Below, piece by piece: positions 25,258 through 38,644 of a stretch of 64,000 nt of DNA. Position 1 is the first letter of the stretch. Each line of letters begins with the position of its first letter. The DNA comes from Squalus acanthias (lineage: Eukaryota), in contig CM059425.1 in NCBI GenBank assembly GCA_030390025.1, positions 175,338,001 through 175,402,000 on the forward strand, read 5' to 3'. The notes below the pieces were generated by a model. It was not told where the DNA came from. It did not search any database and saw only the letters and a program-made list of their open reading frames with translations. Both the position numbers and the translations under genes were made by a program.

Positions 25258-25410
25258 ATTAACTGGTCATTTATCTCATTGCTATTTGTGGGACCTTGTG
25301 CGTAAAATGGTTGCCACGTTTGCCTACATAACAATGATTGCACTTCAAAGGTAATTAATTGATTGTGCAGCGCTTTGGGGATGTGTAAGATGCTACATAA
25401 ATACAATTTT
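25258..25410 (+). mobile_element. Deu-SINE/L2-type 3' fragment
   Basis: ctggtcatttatctcattgctatttgtggg...cagcgctttgggg...gctacataaatac. Confidence 0.55.
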
Positions 25411-25419
25411 TTTTTCTTT

Positions 25420-26720
25420 CTATCTCTAAACCAATTTTCCTGTCCTTTCCTGGTATTCTTTTATATTCTTTTCAAATACTTACCCAAATCCCTTTTTGAA
25501 AGATGTTGTAGTCTCTGCTTGGCCATTTGTGGTAAATCATTCCCTTTTGTAATAACCCTCAGTGTTGGGTGGGGAGGCAAGTACTAACTTCCCCCTCTGT
25601 TCTTCCAGAGATAGGTCTATGGCCGCATGTTACCAATTTGATAACCTGTGGAAAACATTTTCACCAATACCTTCAAAACCTTTCTTAATTTTAAAAATCT
25701 TGATTAGATCCACACTTAAACTACTCTGTTCTATGGAAATTGCTCCATTCTATAGTTAACTAATTGCTCCACCTCCTCCTTTCATTCTTACTTTCCTGTG
25801 GAAACTGAGGCAAAGTACTCATTTAGTATCTCCACCACTCCTCATCCTCCATAAGATTTCCCTTTCCATCTCTAATTGGCATTACCCTTTCTTGAACTAT
25901 TATTTTACTTTTTGTGTATATAAAATAATTTACTATTACGCACTCGTCGCCACTTACATCACTCTATCTTTGGATAATTAAAGCCGCTCTTTATTATGGC
26001 GCTCTCTTGTATTTTTCTTCAATTTGTCCACATCCCTCTTTCTCTCTTTCCTTTCCACTGTTTGACGGTCTGGAATATAGATAAGCTCAACAGAGAAACT
26101 GATCAATTCCCATTCCTTAACTCTAATAATTTAGATTCCGCTTTTGTACAATCCTCTATCATCCCTATGCTCTAGTGCTACATTGTAAGCATTAATACTG
26201 TCACCCATCCACCCTTTTTTCCCCTATTACATTTCTTCAGAATATTTTTTAACCAGGAATGCTCAGCCTTCAGCGCTCCCTGGCTTAAGCTATGTCTTTT
26301 TTAATGTTATGTCACAACTCCCACAGCAATTTGTGCCTGCAGCTTGTCAATTTTACTTAAAATACTTAGCTCATTTACATGCATACAACTCAACCTCCCT
26401 CTATCTGTGGCACGCTTACTCATGTTAGTTCATCCTCTCTGATCTCTTTTTCTTTTAAGTTTCCTGGACTCCTTGACTCTTTTGCTTTCTGCTTCCTCAT
26501 CTCTTTTTTTCCTTCCCTATCTCGTATTTTCCCTTTCTCCTCTCATATTAGTCTAAACCGTCCCCCATAGCACTAGTTACTCTTCCAACAAGGATATTGA
26601 TCCCAGCCTTATTCAGGCCAGTGAATCATGTACAGGTCATTCTTGCCCCAGAAATTGCCCTAATATCCCAGATATCTGAACCTTCTTTTCTCTCCTACAC
26701 CATCTCTCCAGTGACTCATT
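25420..26720 (-). mobile_element. Highly decayed, internally deleted CR1
   Basis: Patches resembling the CR1 3' end, endonuclease and ORF1 end (LERWCRRE). Confidence 0.55.
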
Positions 26721-27207
26721 TAAGTGGTGTATTGTCACAGTTTTCATTATGAAAGTACCAAGCAGTCTGGAGTTGCTTCTTGGAAACCTTGAAAACAAAC
26801 CTGATTCCCCCTCTGAACACCTAAGCCACTTACCAGGAGAAAGCAAACTAAAATGAGACCTGTGCAAAGTCTGGCCCAGGACATTGTTTGGCAAGTGCTG
26901 GCAAGACTCCCATGTCCCACAGTCCAACTGAACCTCGGGAGCTACAACTAAAGAAATAATTTCGCCATTAAGTTTGTGCTTTTCCCTACATTTGCACTGC
27001 AAAATCAGTGTATTCTTCTGTAAGCTTCAAAGCATATGTATGCAATTAATCGGAAAATAAAATAACAATCCTCATAATGTGTACTATCTTTTGAAGAATT
27101 GAAGTTGGACATCTATCTTTATTCTTACTGTTTTTAAACATTTTTATTTAAATTTGTTGTAATAACGCATATAGTGAACATTGCAATGATTTATGTTTTT
27201 AATTCAG

Positions 27208-27354
27208 GTTCGAGAGCTGCAGACACGTTTACAAAGCATGCAGGCATCTGGCCCAGCTAGTCCAAGTCGTTTGACTGCAGCCAATCGACCAGTCAACCCC
27301 AGTACTGGTGAGCTCAGCACCAGTAGTAGCAGTAATGATATCCCTATTGCGAAG
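27208..27354 (+). CDS. MCC: MCC exon C (147 nt)
   Basis: Acceptor ttcAG; encodes VRELQTRLQSMQASGPASPSRLTAANRPVNPSTGELSTSSSSNDIPIAK; donor GTgagc. Confidence 0.95.
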
Positions 27355-27669
27355 GTGAGCTTCTGTGGCATCTGACATTCTCCACGTTATATGCAACAGC
27401 CACCATCATTCTGCAGCTGTTGCATAGGCTTAACAATTAGCTTGCTAATCTTAATTGCTTTCTCTTGGGAGTATTTTAGAGTAGCCATGGAGGGCACATA
27501 TATTTGCACTGGAGGAGGGAGATAAATTGCTGATCATTTGGAGGCTTTTAGGTAGAATTAAAGGGTGTAAAATAACATTAATCAGTGAATTAATTAATTT
27601 TGTAATATGCAGTTTTTGCATAGTGTGCAGGGCAATTACTAATTATAATAGTCGTTCCCTGATTGCTAG

Positions 27670-27759
27670 GTTGCTGAGCGAGTAAAGCTGTCAAAGACAA
27701 GGTCAGAATCTTCATCTTCAGATCGACCAGTCCTGGGTTCAGAGATCAGCAGTATTGGA
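27670..27759 (+). CDS. MCC: MCC exon D (90 nt)
   Basis: Acceptor gctAG; encodes VAERVKLSKTRSESSSSDRPVLGSEISSIG; donor GTaagt. Not in the ORF track; read manually. Confidence 0.93.
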
Positions 27760-29137
27760 GTAAGTATTTAAAACTTGTTAGAGATGACAGTTCTCAATAG
27801 TCTATAATTGGCTGGTCATGTCCAAATTTAACCTATAAAACCCATTCACCAGCAAGCTACTAATCAACTGCACATATCTTTCTGATTGCCAAATAATAAA
27901 GAAATAAAATCAACTTTATAGACTTTGTAACGTTCATGGCTGCCACGACGTAGTTACTGACAGTTTGAAGGCACAGATCTGCATCCACTAATTTTGAGGC
28001 AAAGTAAAAAAAAAAGCCAGAATTCCAGCACCATTTTGTGAACAAAAAAGTTATTCTGGATAGAGAGGCTAAAATTCTGTGCTCTGCTATTGGAAGTGCC
28101 TCCCGTCCACCTGCTGGAAAGGACTGGACTCTGTCCCAAATCCCAAGGATAGGATTATTCAAATAATCAGTGTGGGCTGCACACACATTTTCAGGGGCAC
28201 CCACCTCAAGGAGGTGCAGGAAAATTGGAACGACACTCCGATTAGGGGAGAAGGAGATGGAAGCGGACCGAAGAGTTAATTTAAACAATATAGATTTTTC
28301 CTTTGATGGAACCATTGGCCTGTAGTGGGAGAGAATCAGTCCCCTCTGGGATCAATTACTTTAGTTCTGTAACATCAATAATGGAGCCTTGGGAGGTTCA
28401 CACGCAACTCATGCCTGCTCTCAGCATTTGTTGAAACAGCTGGGCCTGAGTTTTATACTTGGCAGAATTCCTGAGGTAGCCTGGGAACCCCCCAGACCAC
28501 TCTGTCATTCAGCCCCCCGAAATTGTGGAACTGTAGCTGGAACATGGTGTGATGAGCGGAAGAGTTACCCAACTCCTCCCCATCAGATTTATGCCAGAAA
28601 GCGAATTGGGTGAAAAGCCAGCTGATTCGGTTTTCATCCAAATTCCTGCTCTTCTGGCTGGCAGTAACCTTAGTTGTGCCCGATCCCACCAAGTGATTTT
28701 GGGCCTTAGATGATTATTTAGTTTTCCCACAATGTTAAACAGATCTAGTAGAATTTAAAAGAGCAAAGGGTTAGAAAAAAATGCACAGGTCAACTTAAAA
28801 TGATGGGAGACACTAATGCATAAATTGACCTTTAGAAAATATGTTTAAATTGAGCACAATTTACATAGGCTAATCAAAGCCAGCGTGACAGCATGTTGTC
28901 GAGACTTAGATAAAAGAAAGCCTACAATAGATATCTTTTGTCAAGGAGGAAGTATGTTGAGATGGAGGATATTTGATCGGAAAATGGTTATTACGAGTTG
29001 AATTCTTAAAGCATTATTTTAAGTATTTTGCTATGATATTGATGGTTAATCATAAATGATGCTGAAATAAAGGGACATTATTTCAGGGTGGTCCCAGAGA
29101 TGGTATGAATCTCTTAAAGGGGCACTGTTTCAGGGAG

Positions 29138-31325
29138 AACATAAGAATTAGGAGCAGGAGTAGGCCATATGGCCTCTCAAGCCTGCGCCGCCATTCAGTA
29201 AGATCATAGCTGATCTTGGACCTCAGCTCCACTTTCCTGCCCGATTTCCATATCCCTTGATTCCCCTAGAGTCCAAAAATCTATCTCTGCCTTGAATATA
29301 CTTAACGATTCAGTATCCACAGCCCTTTGAGGTAGAAAATTCCAAAGATTCACAGCCCTCTGAGTGAAGGAATTCCTCTTCATCTCAGTCTTAAATGGCC
29401 GACCCCTTATCCTGACACTATGTCCCCTAGTTCGAGACTCCAGCCACCTCTCGGCATCTACCCTGTCATTCCCCCTCAGAATATTGTATATTTCAATGAG
29501 ATCACCTCTCATTCTTCTAAACTCCAGAGAGTATAGGCCCAATCTCTCATCATAGGACAACCCTCTCATCCCAGGAATCAATCTAGTGAACCTTCGTTGC
29601 ACTGCCTCGAAGGCAAGTATATCCTTCCTCAGATAAGGAGACCAAAATTGTGCACAGTACTCCAGGTGTGGTCTCATCAAAGCCATGTACAATTTTAGCA
29701 AGACTTCCTTACTCTCGTATTCCAACCCCCTTGCAATAAAGGCCAACATACTATTTGCCTTCCTAATTGCTTGCTTTTTATTTATTCGTTCATGGGATGT
29801 GGGCATCGCTGGCAAGGCCAACATTTATTGCCCATCCCTAATTGCCTTTATGAAGGTGGTGGTGAGCCACCTTATACAACTGAGTGGCTTGCTAGGCCAT
29901 TCCAGAGGACAATTAAGAGTCAACCACATTGATGTGGGTCTAGAGTCACACATAAGCCAGACCAGGTAAGGGCAGCAGATTTACTTTCCTAAAGGACATG
30001 CTGTACCTTCATGCTAACTCTCTGCATTTCCTGTACGAGGACACCTAAATCTCTCTGCACACCAACATTTAATAGTTTCTCACCATTTAAAAAATATTCT
30101 GTTTATCTATTCTTCCTACCAAAGTGAATAACCTCACATTTCCCCACATTATATGCCATCTGCCACCTTATTGCCCACTCGCTTAACCTGTCTATATCCC
30201 TTTGCAGGCTCTTGTGTCCTCCTCACAGCCTACTTTCCCACCTAGCTTTGTATCGTCAACAAACTTGGATACAAAACACCTGGTCCATTCATCTAAGTCA
30301 TTAATATAAATTGTAAATAGCTGAGGCCCAAGCACTGATCCTTGCGGCACCCCACTAGTTACAGCCTGCCAACCTGAAAATGAACTGTTGATCCCTGCTC
30401 TCTGTTTTCTGTTCGTTAACCAGTCCTCTATCCATGCTACTATAATTACCCCCAACCCCATGAGCCCTTATCTTGCATAACAACCTTTGATGTGGCAACT
30501 TATCGATTGCCTTTCGGAAATCCAAATATACTACATCCACTGGTTCCCCTTTATCTACCCTGCTAGTTACATCCTCAAAAAACTCTAATAAATTTGTTAA
30601 ACACGATTTCCCTTTCATAAAACCGGGTTGACTGCCTAATCGTATTATGATTTTCTAAATGCTCTGTGACCACTTCCTTAATAATGGATTGCAGCATTTT
30701 CCCAACAACTGATGTCAGGCTAACTGGCCTGTAGTTCCCTGTTTTCTTTCTCCTCCTTTCTTGAATAGCGGGGTTACATTTGCTACCTTCCAATCTGCTG
30801 GGACTGTTCTAGAATCTAGGGAATTTTGGAAGATCACAACCAATGCATCCACTATCTCTGCAGCCACATCTTTTAGAACCCTCCGATGTAGACCATCAGG
30901 TCCAGGGGATTTGTTGGCTTTTAGTCCCATTAGTTTCTCGAGTACTTTTTCTCTACTGATACTAATTACTTTAAGTTCCTCACTCTCATTGGTTCCCCAC
31001 TATTTTTGGTATGCTTTTTGTGTCTTCTACTCTGAAGACAGTTACAAAATATTTGTTTAAAGTCTCTGCCATTTCCTTATTCCCCATTATAATTTGTCCT
31101 GTCTTAGCCTCTAAGGGACCAACACTTATTTTGCTGCTCTCTTTCTTTTTACATACTTGCAGAAGCTCTTACAATCTTTTAAAAATATTTTTTGTAATTT
31201 ACTCTCATTCTATTTTCTCCCTTTTTATAAATTTTTTGGTCATCCTTTGCTGGTTTCTAAAGCTCTCCCAATCCTCAGGTTTATTGCTATTCTTCGCAAC
31301 ATTATAAGCCTCTTCTTTTAATCTA
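29138..31325 (-). mobile_element. 5'-truncated CR1 (RT region)
   Basis: ORFs 29204..29824 and 30192..30930 carry RT motifs; 3' tail at 29138. Confidence 0.92.
29775..29998 (-). mobile_element. 5'-truncated SINE nested in a CR1; derivative of the LINE family at 47885
   Basis: Joins sequence matching 48040..48118 directly to sequence matching 50583..50678. Confidence 0.8.
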
Positions 31326-32818
31326 GTTCCATCTGATTGACAGTTAACTGCCACTGACAGGCAGTTTCTGTTAACTACAATTTTTTAAGTTCTGAGTTAA
31401 ATTCAAAAGGTTAAACTAAATTTCACTTTTTACAGCTAGTACGTACCCAGTACTTACCAGAGACTTCCACTCTGTCTAAATTCCCAACTTTAACACCCTA
31501 TTGAAGCACTCCCAGGAGATCCCAGGAATAGTGGGAATCTCTTAAAGGGGCAGTATTTCAGGGAGGAGGATGGTGTGGTCAACCATGTCAAAGGCTGCAG
31601 ACAGGTCGAGAAGTACACCTCCAGCTTTGGGTTTGAAAAACGATTGTGTTTATCCGGAACCTATGGAGCAGAACAAGCTGACTAATGAAAATCTGCCAAA
31701 GCAAAAGGTCATCTATTCCTGCACAAGTTTGGTTGGCTTGTACATATCCTGGGATGAGATGTTTATCTGATATCCCCTAACCCACCCTCACCATCACCTC
31801 CCCAGGTATCCTTATACTCAAGTCTATTCTGACTAGTTGATTAAATACAAATGCAACATGTAATTTTATTGGTGTGAGCTGGGTCCGAGCAGAAATAACT
31901 AAATAGCATGTCATTGTTTCGTCTAGTTTTCTCCCTTTCTTCCATCCTCCCATCTCTCCTGAAGGTTCTGACAGTTGTTTCGTAGACTCCATATGCGAGT
32001 GAGTGACTTCTATTCCTAATTTAGGAACAGGGCTCATCGGTGAATGTCACTAGGCTATTTCTCATGGAAGACATGATAGGCAAATGTAATCTGATGTCCA
32101 TGTGCACACTTTCCGGCAGGGGTCACTGGATTGCAATCAGCAGAGGGAACTCTGATTTTTTTTTTTTCTCACCCTCCTCTCTTTTGCATTGGTGTGCTAG
32201 GACCATTATGCTAGGACAATTATAGCAGTGAAAACCACTGATTCAGCACACAAGTTGAGGGCTATATCTGTGATCCACAGTAAGATTTTAAAAGTACTTT
32301 TATATTGGCTCTCAGTTTCACGAAATACTATCCATAATATATTAAAAATGGTGAGTGATCTCAGAATTTTAAATACTTGTAAGTGACACTGTTAATGATG
32401 TTAGGTGACAAATTAGAAACAGTAGGGTGCCACATAACGCTACGTCAGAGCTGGCTGAATTTTCTGGTTATTTATCCGATCTACCACTGAGAGGATTTCC
32501 TAGGTAGGGATGCTGTCCACTGAACAGCACCCCATCCTGTACTTCGTTCTCCCCATCCCCTCCTTTCACTCATCCCTACCCTCTCCTTGTCCCCCTCCTC
32601 CTCCTCCCTTTCCCCACTTTCCTCCCTTCTCTCCCTTCAGCTGCACCACGCCCTGTCCTACCTCTCCCCTCTTCCTCCTGTCGGCCTCACCTCATCCCTT
32701 TCCCATGCCCTCCAACCCCACATTGGTTATATTATTCCCCATCCTCTTGCCCTACTTGACCTGAAAAATTTAAATTGGTCTTGATTATTTTGTACAGTGC
32801 CACAAGAGATCAACTAAT

Positions 32819-33534
32819 GGCCCGTATTTTCCGATTCCTACGGATGTGTATGAGCTGTGTACACACCCGTAGGGACCTCGCAAGTGCCGGTTTCAGGCAT
32901 GCGAAGTGCATGCGCTGAAAACCGGCATTTCCGATCTGTCAAGAATCCTCACGCCTGCCCTGGAGAAGGGCCTCCGCCTGCTGAAATCCCTTAAAAAATC
33001 TTACGCCTGGTAAAAGCAGGCGTAAGGCCTGCTTTTACCAGCATAAGAGTTTTTTTAAAAAAAGTAAAAAAAAATGTTTTTTCACTCATTTATAATTTTA
33101 AAATACTTTTTAAAAAAAGGTAAGTTTATTTTTAGCCCCGTAAAAAACCTTTTTTTTCTCCAAAAAATTAAATTTGTTTAAAATATTTAAATTAATGTAA
33201 TTTGAACTAATTTTAAAAACTTGATTAAAAAAAAATGTATTTAAAGTTTTGATGTGTTTTTGGAGTGATCTCCATTCATGCGTTTGACAGGTCTAAGCTG
33301 TCAAAAGTATGAAGGGAGATTCCCTTCTTTCATTGGTTCCCCATGACCCACGTGATCCCAGGGACGCTTGCGAACTGCATGCGCCCCTGGGATACGTGAG
33401 CCCTGCGCATTTCGTCGTGGAGAGGCCCAGGAGTGGAAATGGCCGGACCTCTGGAGCCCTCGGGTAAGGGCGTAGATTTTTTCCAGATCGGAGACCTCCG
33501 CACGCAGGAAGCCTCCGATTGGAAAATACGGGCC
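32819..33534. mobile_element. Harbinger-like MITE (716 bp)
   Basis: Perfect 14-bp TIR ggcccgtattttcc / ggaaaatacgggcc and AT-rich core; TSD not cleanly resolved; shorter relative at 61510..61806. Confidence 0.8.
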
Positions 33535-33600
33535 TAAGTCTACAAATGGATGTTAGGATATTGTATGGGTATGTTCAGTTTTTTTTCCTGGTAATAGCTT

Positions 33601-36600
33601 ATAAGAACATAAGAAGTAGGAGCAGGAATAGGCCATACGACCCTTCGGGCCTGCTCCGCCATTCAATAGGATCATGGCTGATCCGAACCTAGACTCACGT
33701 CCACTTCCCTGCTCGCTCCCCATAACCCTTAATTCCCTTATCAGCTAGGAAACTGTCTATCTCCGTTTTAAATTTATTTAATGTCGCAGCTTCCACAGCT
33801 CTCTGAGGTAGCAAATTCCATAGATTTACTACCCTCTGAGTGAAGAAGTTTCTCCTCATCTCAGTTTTGAAACGGCAGCCCCTTATTCTAAGATTATGCC
33901 CCCTAGTTCTAGTCTCACCCATCAGTGGCAACATCCTCCCCACATCCACCCGATCAAGCCCTCTCACAATCTTATATGTTTCGATAAGATCGCCTCTCAT
34001 TCTTCTGTATTCCAATGAGTAGAGGCCCAACCTACTCAACCTTTCCTCATAAGTCAACCCCCTCATCTCCGGAATCAACCGAGTGAACCTTCTCTGAACT
34101 GCCTCTAGAGCAAGTATATCTTTTCTTAAATATGGAAACCAAAACTGTACGCAGTACTCCAGGTGTGGCCTCACCAGTACCCTGTATAACTGAAGCAAGA
34201 CTTCCCTGCTTTTATACTCCATCCCCCTTGCAATAAAAGCCAAGATTCCATTGGCCTTCCTGATCACCTGCTGTACCTGCATACTAACCTTCTGTGTTTC
34301 ATGCACCAGGACCCCCAGATCCCTTTGTACTGTAGCACTTTGCAGTTTCTTTCCATTTAGATAATAACTTGCTCTTTGATTTTTCTGCCAAAGTGCATAA
34401 CCTCACACTTTCCAACATTATATTCCATCTGCCAAATTTCTGCCCACTCACTTAGCCTGTCTATGTCCTTTTGCAGGTTTTTTATGTCCTCCTCACTCAC
34501 TGCTTTCCCTCCCATCTTTGTATCGTCTGCAAACTTGGATACGTTGCACTTGGTCCCCTCCTCCAAATCGTTAATATAGATTGTAAAGAGTTGGGGTCCC
34601 AGCACTGACCCCTGCGGAACACCACTAGTTACTGATTGCCAACCCGAGAATGAACCATTTATCCCAACTCTCTGTTTTCTGTTAGATAGCCAATCTTCCA
34701 CCCATGCCAGTATATTACCCCCAATCCCATGATTTTTTATCTTGTGCAGTAATCTTTTGTGTGGTACCTTGTCAAATGCCTTTTGGAAGTCCAAATACAC
34801 CACATCCACTGATTCCCCTTTATCCACCTTGTTTGTTACGTCCTCAAAGAATTCGAGCAAATTTGTCAAGCATGATTTCCCCTTCATAAAACCATGCTGA
34901 CTCTGTCCGATTAAGTTATGCTTATCCAAATGCCCTGTTACTGCTTCCTTAATAATGGACTCCAACATTTTACCAACCACAGATGTTAGGCTAACTGGTC
35001 TATAGTTTTCAGCCTTTTGTCTACCTCCCTTTTTTAAATAAGGGTGTTACATTAGCAGTTTTCCAATCTGCTGGGACCTTTCCTGAATCCAGGGAGTTTT
35101 GGAAAATTACCACCAATGCATCCGCAATCCCTACCGCAACTTCTCTCAAGACCCTAGGATGTAAGCCATCAGGTCCAGAGGATTTATCCGCCTTAAGTCC
35201 CATTATCTTACCGAGTACCATCTCCTTAGTGATTTTAATCGTGTTTAGCTCTTCCCCCCCCCCCCCCTATAGCCCCTTGTTTGTCCAGTGTTGGGATATT
35301 TTTAGTGTCCTCTACTGTAAAGACTGATAGCAAATATGCTGAACAAATATTTTGTATCTCCATGTTCCCCACTACTAATTTCCCTGTCTCGTCCTCTAAG
35401 GGACCAACATTCATTTTAGCCACCCTTTTTCTTTTTATATAACTGTAGAAACTCTTGCTATCTGTTTTTATATTTTTTGCTAGTTTACTTTCATAATCTA
35501 TCTTCCCTTTCTTAATTAATCTTTTAGTTATTCTTTGCTGGTTTTTAAATGCTTCCCAATCTTCTATCCTCCCACTAGATTTGGCTACTTTAAAAGCCCT
35601 TGTTTTTAGTCGGATACTATCCTTTATTACTTTACTTAGCCACGGATGGCTGTCTTCTTTTACGCCCCTTTTTTCTCAGTGGAATATATTTTTCTTGAAA
35701 GTTGTGAAATACCTCCTTGAATGTACACCACTGCTCCTGTACCGTCTTACACCTTAATTTATTTTCCCAGTCCACTTTAGTCAACTCTGCTCTCATACCT
35801 TCATACTCTCCTTTATTTAGGCTTAGTACACTGGTTTGAGATCCAACTCTCTCACCCTCCAACTGAATTTGGAATTCAACTATGTTATGGTCACTCATTC
35901 CAAGGGGATCCTTTACTAGGACATTTTTTATTAATCCTGTCTCATTACACAGGACCAGATCTAAGATTGCCTGCCCCCTGGTTGGTTCAGTAACATACTG
36001 CTCAAGGAACCCGTCCCTAATGCACTCTATGAACTCTTCCTCAAGGCTGCCCTGCCCAATTTGATTTGTCCAGTCAATATGAAAGTTAAAATCTCCCATG
36101 ATTATAGCTATTCCCTTATTACAAGCCCCAACTATTTCCTGATTTATACTCCGACCAATAGAGTTACAACTGTTAGGAAGCCTATAGACTACGCCCACTA
36201 GTGACTTTTTCCCCTTATTATTCCTTATCTCCACCCAAACTGTTTCACTATCCTGATCCTTTGACCCAATATCATTTCTCACTATTGCAGTGATTCCATC
36301 CTTTATTAACATAGCCACCCCACCTCCCTTTCCTTCCTGTCTGTCCTTCCTAATAGTCAAATACCCCTGGATGTTTAGTTCCCAGTCATGGTCACTTTGC
36401 AGCCATGTTTCTGTAATGGCCACCAGATCATACCCATATGTAGTTATTTGTACCGTCAACTCGTCTATTTTGTTACGAATGCTGCGTGCATTCAGATAAA
36501 GAACTTTTAAATATGTTTTGTGACAATTTATTCCTGCTTTTACCCCATTTACTACTTTACCTTTATCTTTATATATTCTGTCTCTTCCTGACATGCTCTG

Positions 36601-37660
36601 GTTTTTAATTTCCCCACTGCTACTTTGCTCTGTTGCCTTCTCCGCTGACATTTTTATTTTTTGCTCTCTTGAAACCTCCCCCCCACTAATTAGTTTAAAG
36701 CCCTCTCTACTGCCCTAGTTATTCGATTCGCCAGGACTCTAGTCCCAGCACTGGCCAAGTGAAGTCCGTCCCAACGGAACAGCTCTCTCCTGTCCCAGTA
36801 CTGGTGCCAGTGTCCCAGGAAGCAAAACCCATTTCTCCCACACCAGTCTTTGAGCCACGCATTTAACTCTCTGATTTTATTTACCCCAGCCAAATTTGCT
36901 CGTGGCTCAGGTAGTAATCCAGAGATTATTACCCTAGAGGTTCTGTTTTTTAATTTGGCCCCTAGCTGCTCATACTCCCTCAGCAGAACCTCATTCCTTG
37001 TCCTATCTATGTCATTGGTACCAACATGGACCACGACAACTGGATCCTCCCCCTCCAAGTTTCTCTCCAGCCCAGAGGAGATGTCCTTAGCCCAGAGGAG
37101 ATGTCCTTAACCCTGGCACCAGGCAGGCAACACAGCCTTTGGGACTCTCGCTCTCGGCTGCAAAGAACCCTATCTATCCCCTTAATGATACTATCCCCTA
37201 CCACTACAACATTTCTTTTTGCTCCCCGTACCACTGTGCTGTGGCCAGGTTGCTCATCCTCCCTGCAGTCCCTGCTCCCGTCCTCACAGGGAGTAAGAGC
37301 CTCGAACCTGTTGGACAAGAGCAAGGGCTGCGACTCCTCCAACACTACCTCCTGGATCCCCGTACCTGCCTCACTCGTAGTCACACCCTCCTGTCCCTGA
37401 CCACGGGCTACATCTGAATTAGTTAATCTAATTGGTGTGACTACCTCCTGGAACACAGAGTCCAGGTAACTCTCCCCCTCCCTGATGTGTCGCAGTGTTT
37501 GAAGCTCGGACTCCAGCTCATCAACACGGAGCCGGAGTTCCTCGAGCAGCCAACACTTACTGCAAATGTGATCACCGTGAACATCAATGGTGTCCACCAG
37601 CTCCCACATATTGCAGCAGTAACACATCACCTGCTCTCCCAGTCTATGTAATTAATTACA
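33601..37660 (-). mobile_element. Near full-length young CR1 (ORF1 plus frameshifted ORF2)
   Basis: ORFs 37007..37630 and 36690..37058 (ORF1), 35632..36651 (endonuclease), 34357..34980 and 33695..34306 (RT); 3' tail at 33601. Confidence 0.95.
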
Positions 37661-37711
37661 TTTATTAATATTATCTACCCTTTAATTAATTTAAATTAAA
37701 ACAATACACTT

Positions 37712-38216
37712 CTGTGACAGTTTGAACTGACTCTCTGTCCTGTGACAGTTTGAACTGACTCTCTTCACTCTCTGTCCTGTGACAGTTTGAACTGAGTCTC
37801 TTCACACTCTGTCCACTGACAGTTTGAACTGAGTCTCTTCACTCTCTGTCCACTAACAGTTTGAACTGAGTCTCTTCACTCTCTGTCCACTGACAGTTTG
37901 AACTGAGTCTCTTCACTCTCTGTCCACTAACAGTTTGAACTGAGTCTCTTCACTCTCTGTCCTGTGACAGTTTGAACTGAGTCTCTTCACACTCTGTCCA
38001 CTGACAGTTTGAACTGAGTCTCTTCACTCTCTGTCCACTGACAGTTTGAACTGAGTCTCTTCACTCTCTGTCCACTAACAGTTTGAACTGAGTCTCTTCA
38101 CTCTCTGTCCACTGACAGTTTGAATTGAGTCTCTTCACTCTCTGTCCACTAACAGTTTGAACTGAGTCTCTTCACTCTCTGTCCACTGACAGTTTGAATT
38201 GAGTCTCTTCACTCTC
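37712..38216. repeat. 37-bp minisatellite, about 14 copies
   Basis: Unit tgacagtttgaactgagtctcttcactctctgtccac with few variants and no unique spacers. Confidence 0.95.
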
Positions 38217-38495
38217 AAAGGAGTTAGCAAAGGAGGGGAGGAAACCAGATTTTGTTTTTTTCAGTGTGTCAGAAATAAAACTCAAGTTTTTTATGTTCTG
38301 CACCCTGTGTTTATTACTTTCTGTCATACTGTAGTCATTGTTATTGCTAGATATTCCATTAGAAACTAGAATATCCCACAGTGATGTTTAGTCAGTCTGC
38401 TGTGCTTGTAACCTTTAATTGAGATTTCATACTTCAGCATGTAATGGCATACTTGACAAAGACTACATAAGCTTTATTTGTTCTCCCTTGCACAG

Positions 38496-38644
38496 GTGTC
38501 CAGTAGTGTGGCAGAGCATCTGGCCCATTCTTTGCAAGACTGCTCCAATATCCAAGAAATCTTTCAAACTCTGTACTCTCATGGTTCAGCTATTTCGGAA
38601 AGCAAGATCCGTGAATTTGAAGTGGAAACTGAACGGCTAAACAG
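38496..38644 (+). CDS. MCC: MCC exon E (149 nt)
   Basis: Acceptor cacAG; encodes VSSSVAEHLAHSLQDCSNIQEIFQTLYSHGSAISESKIREFEVETERLN(S); donor GTaaaa, phase 2. Confidence 0.95.

Noticed and set aside
31860..32270. Possible SINE or ncRNA-like segment
   Set aside because: Looks repeat-like, but no boxes, TSD or second copy could be identified.
37712..38216. CRISPR array
   Set aside because: Head-to-tail repeats with no unique spacers, no cas genes and a vertebrate intron context.
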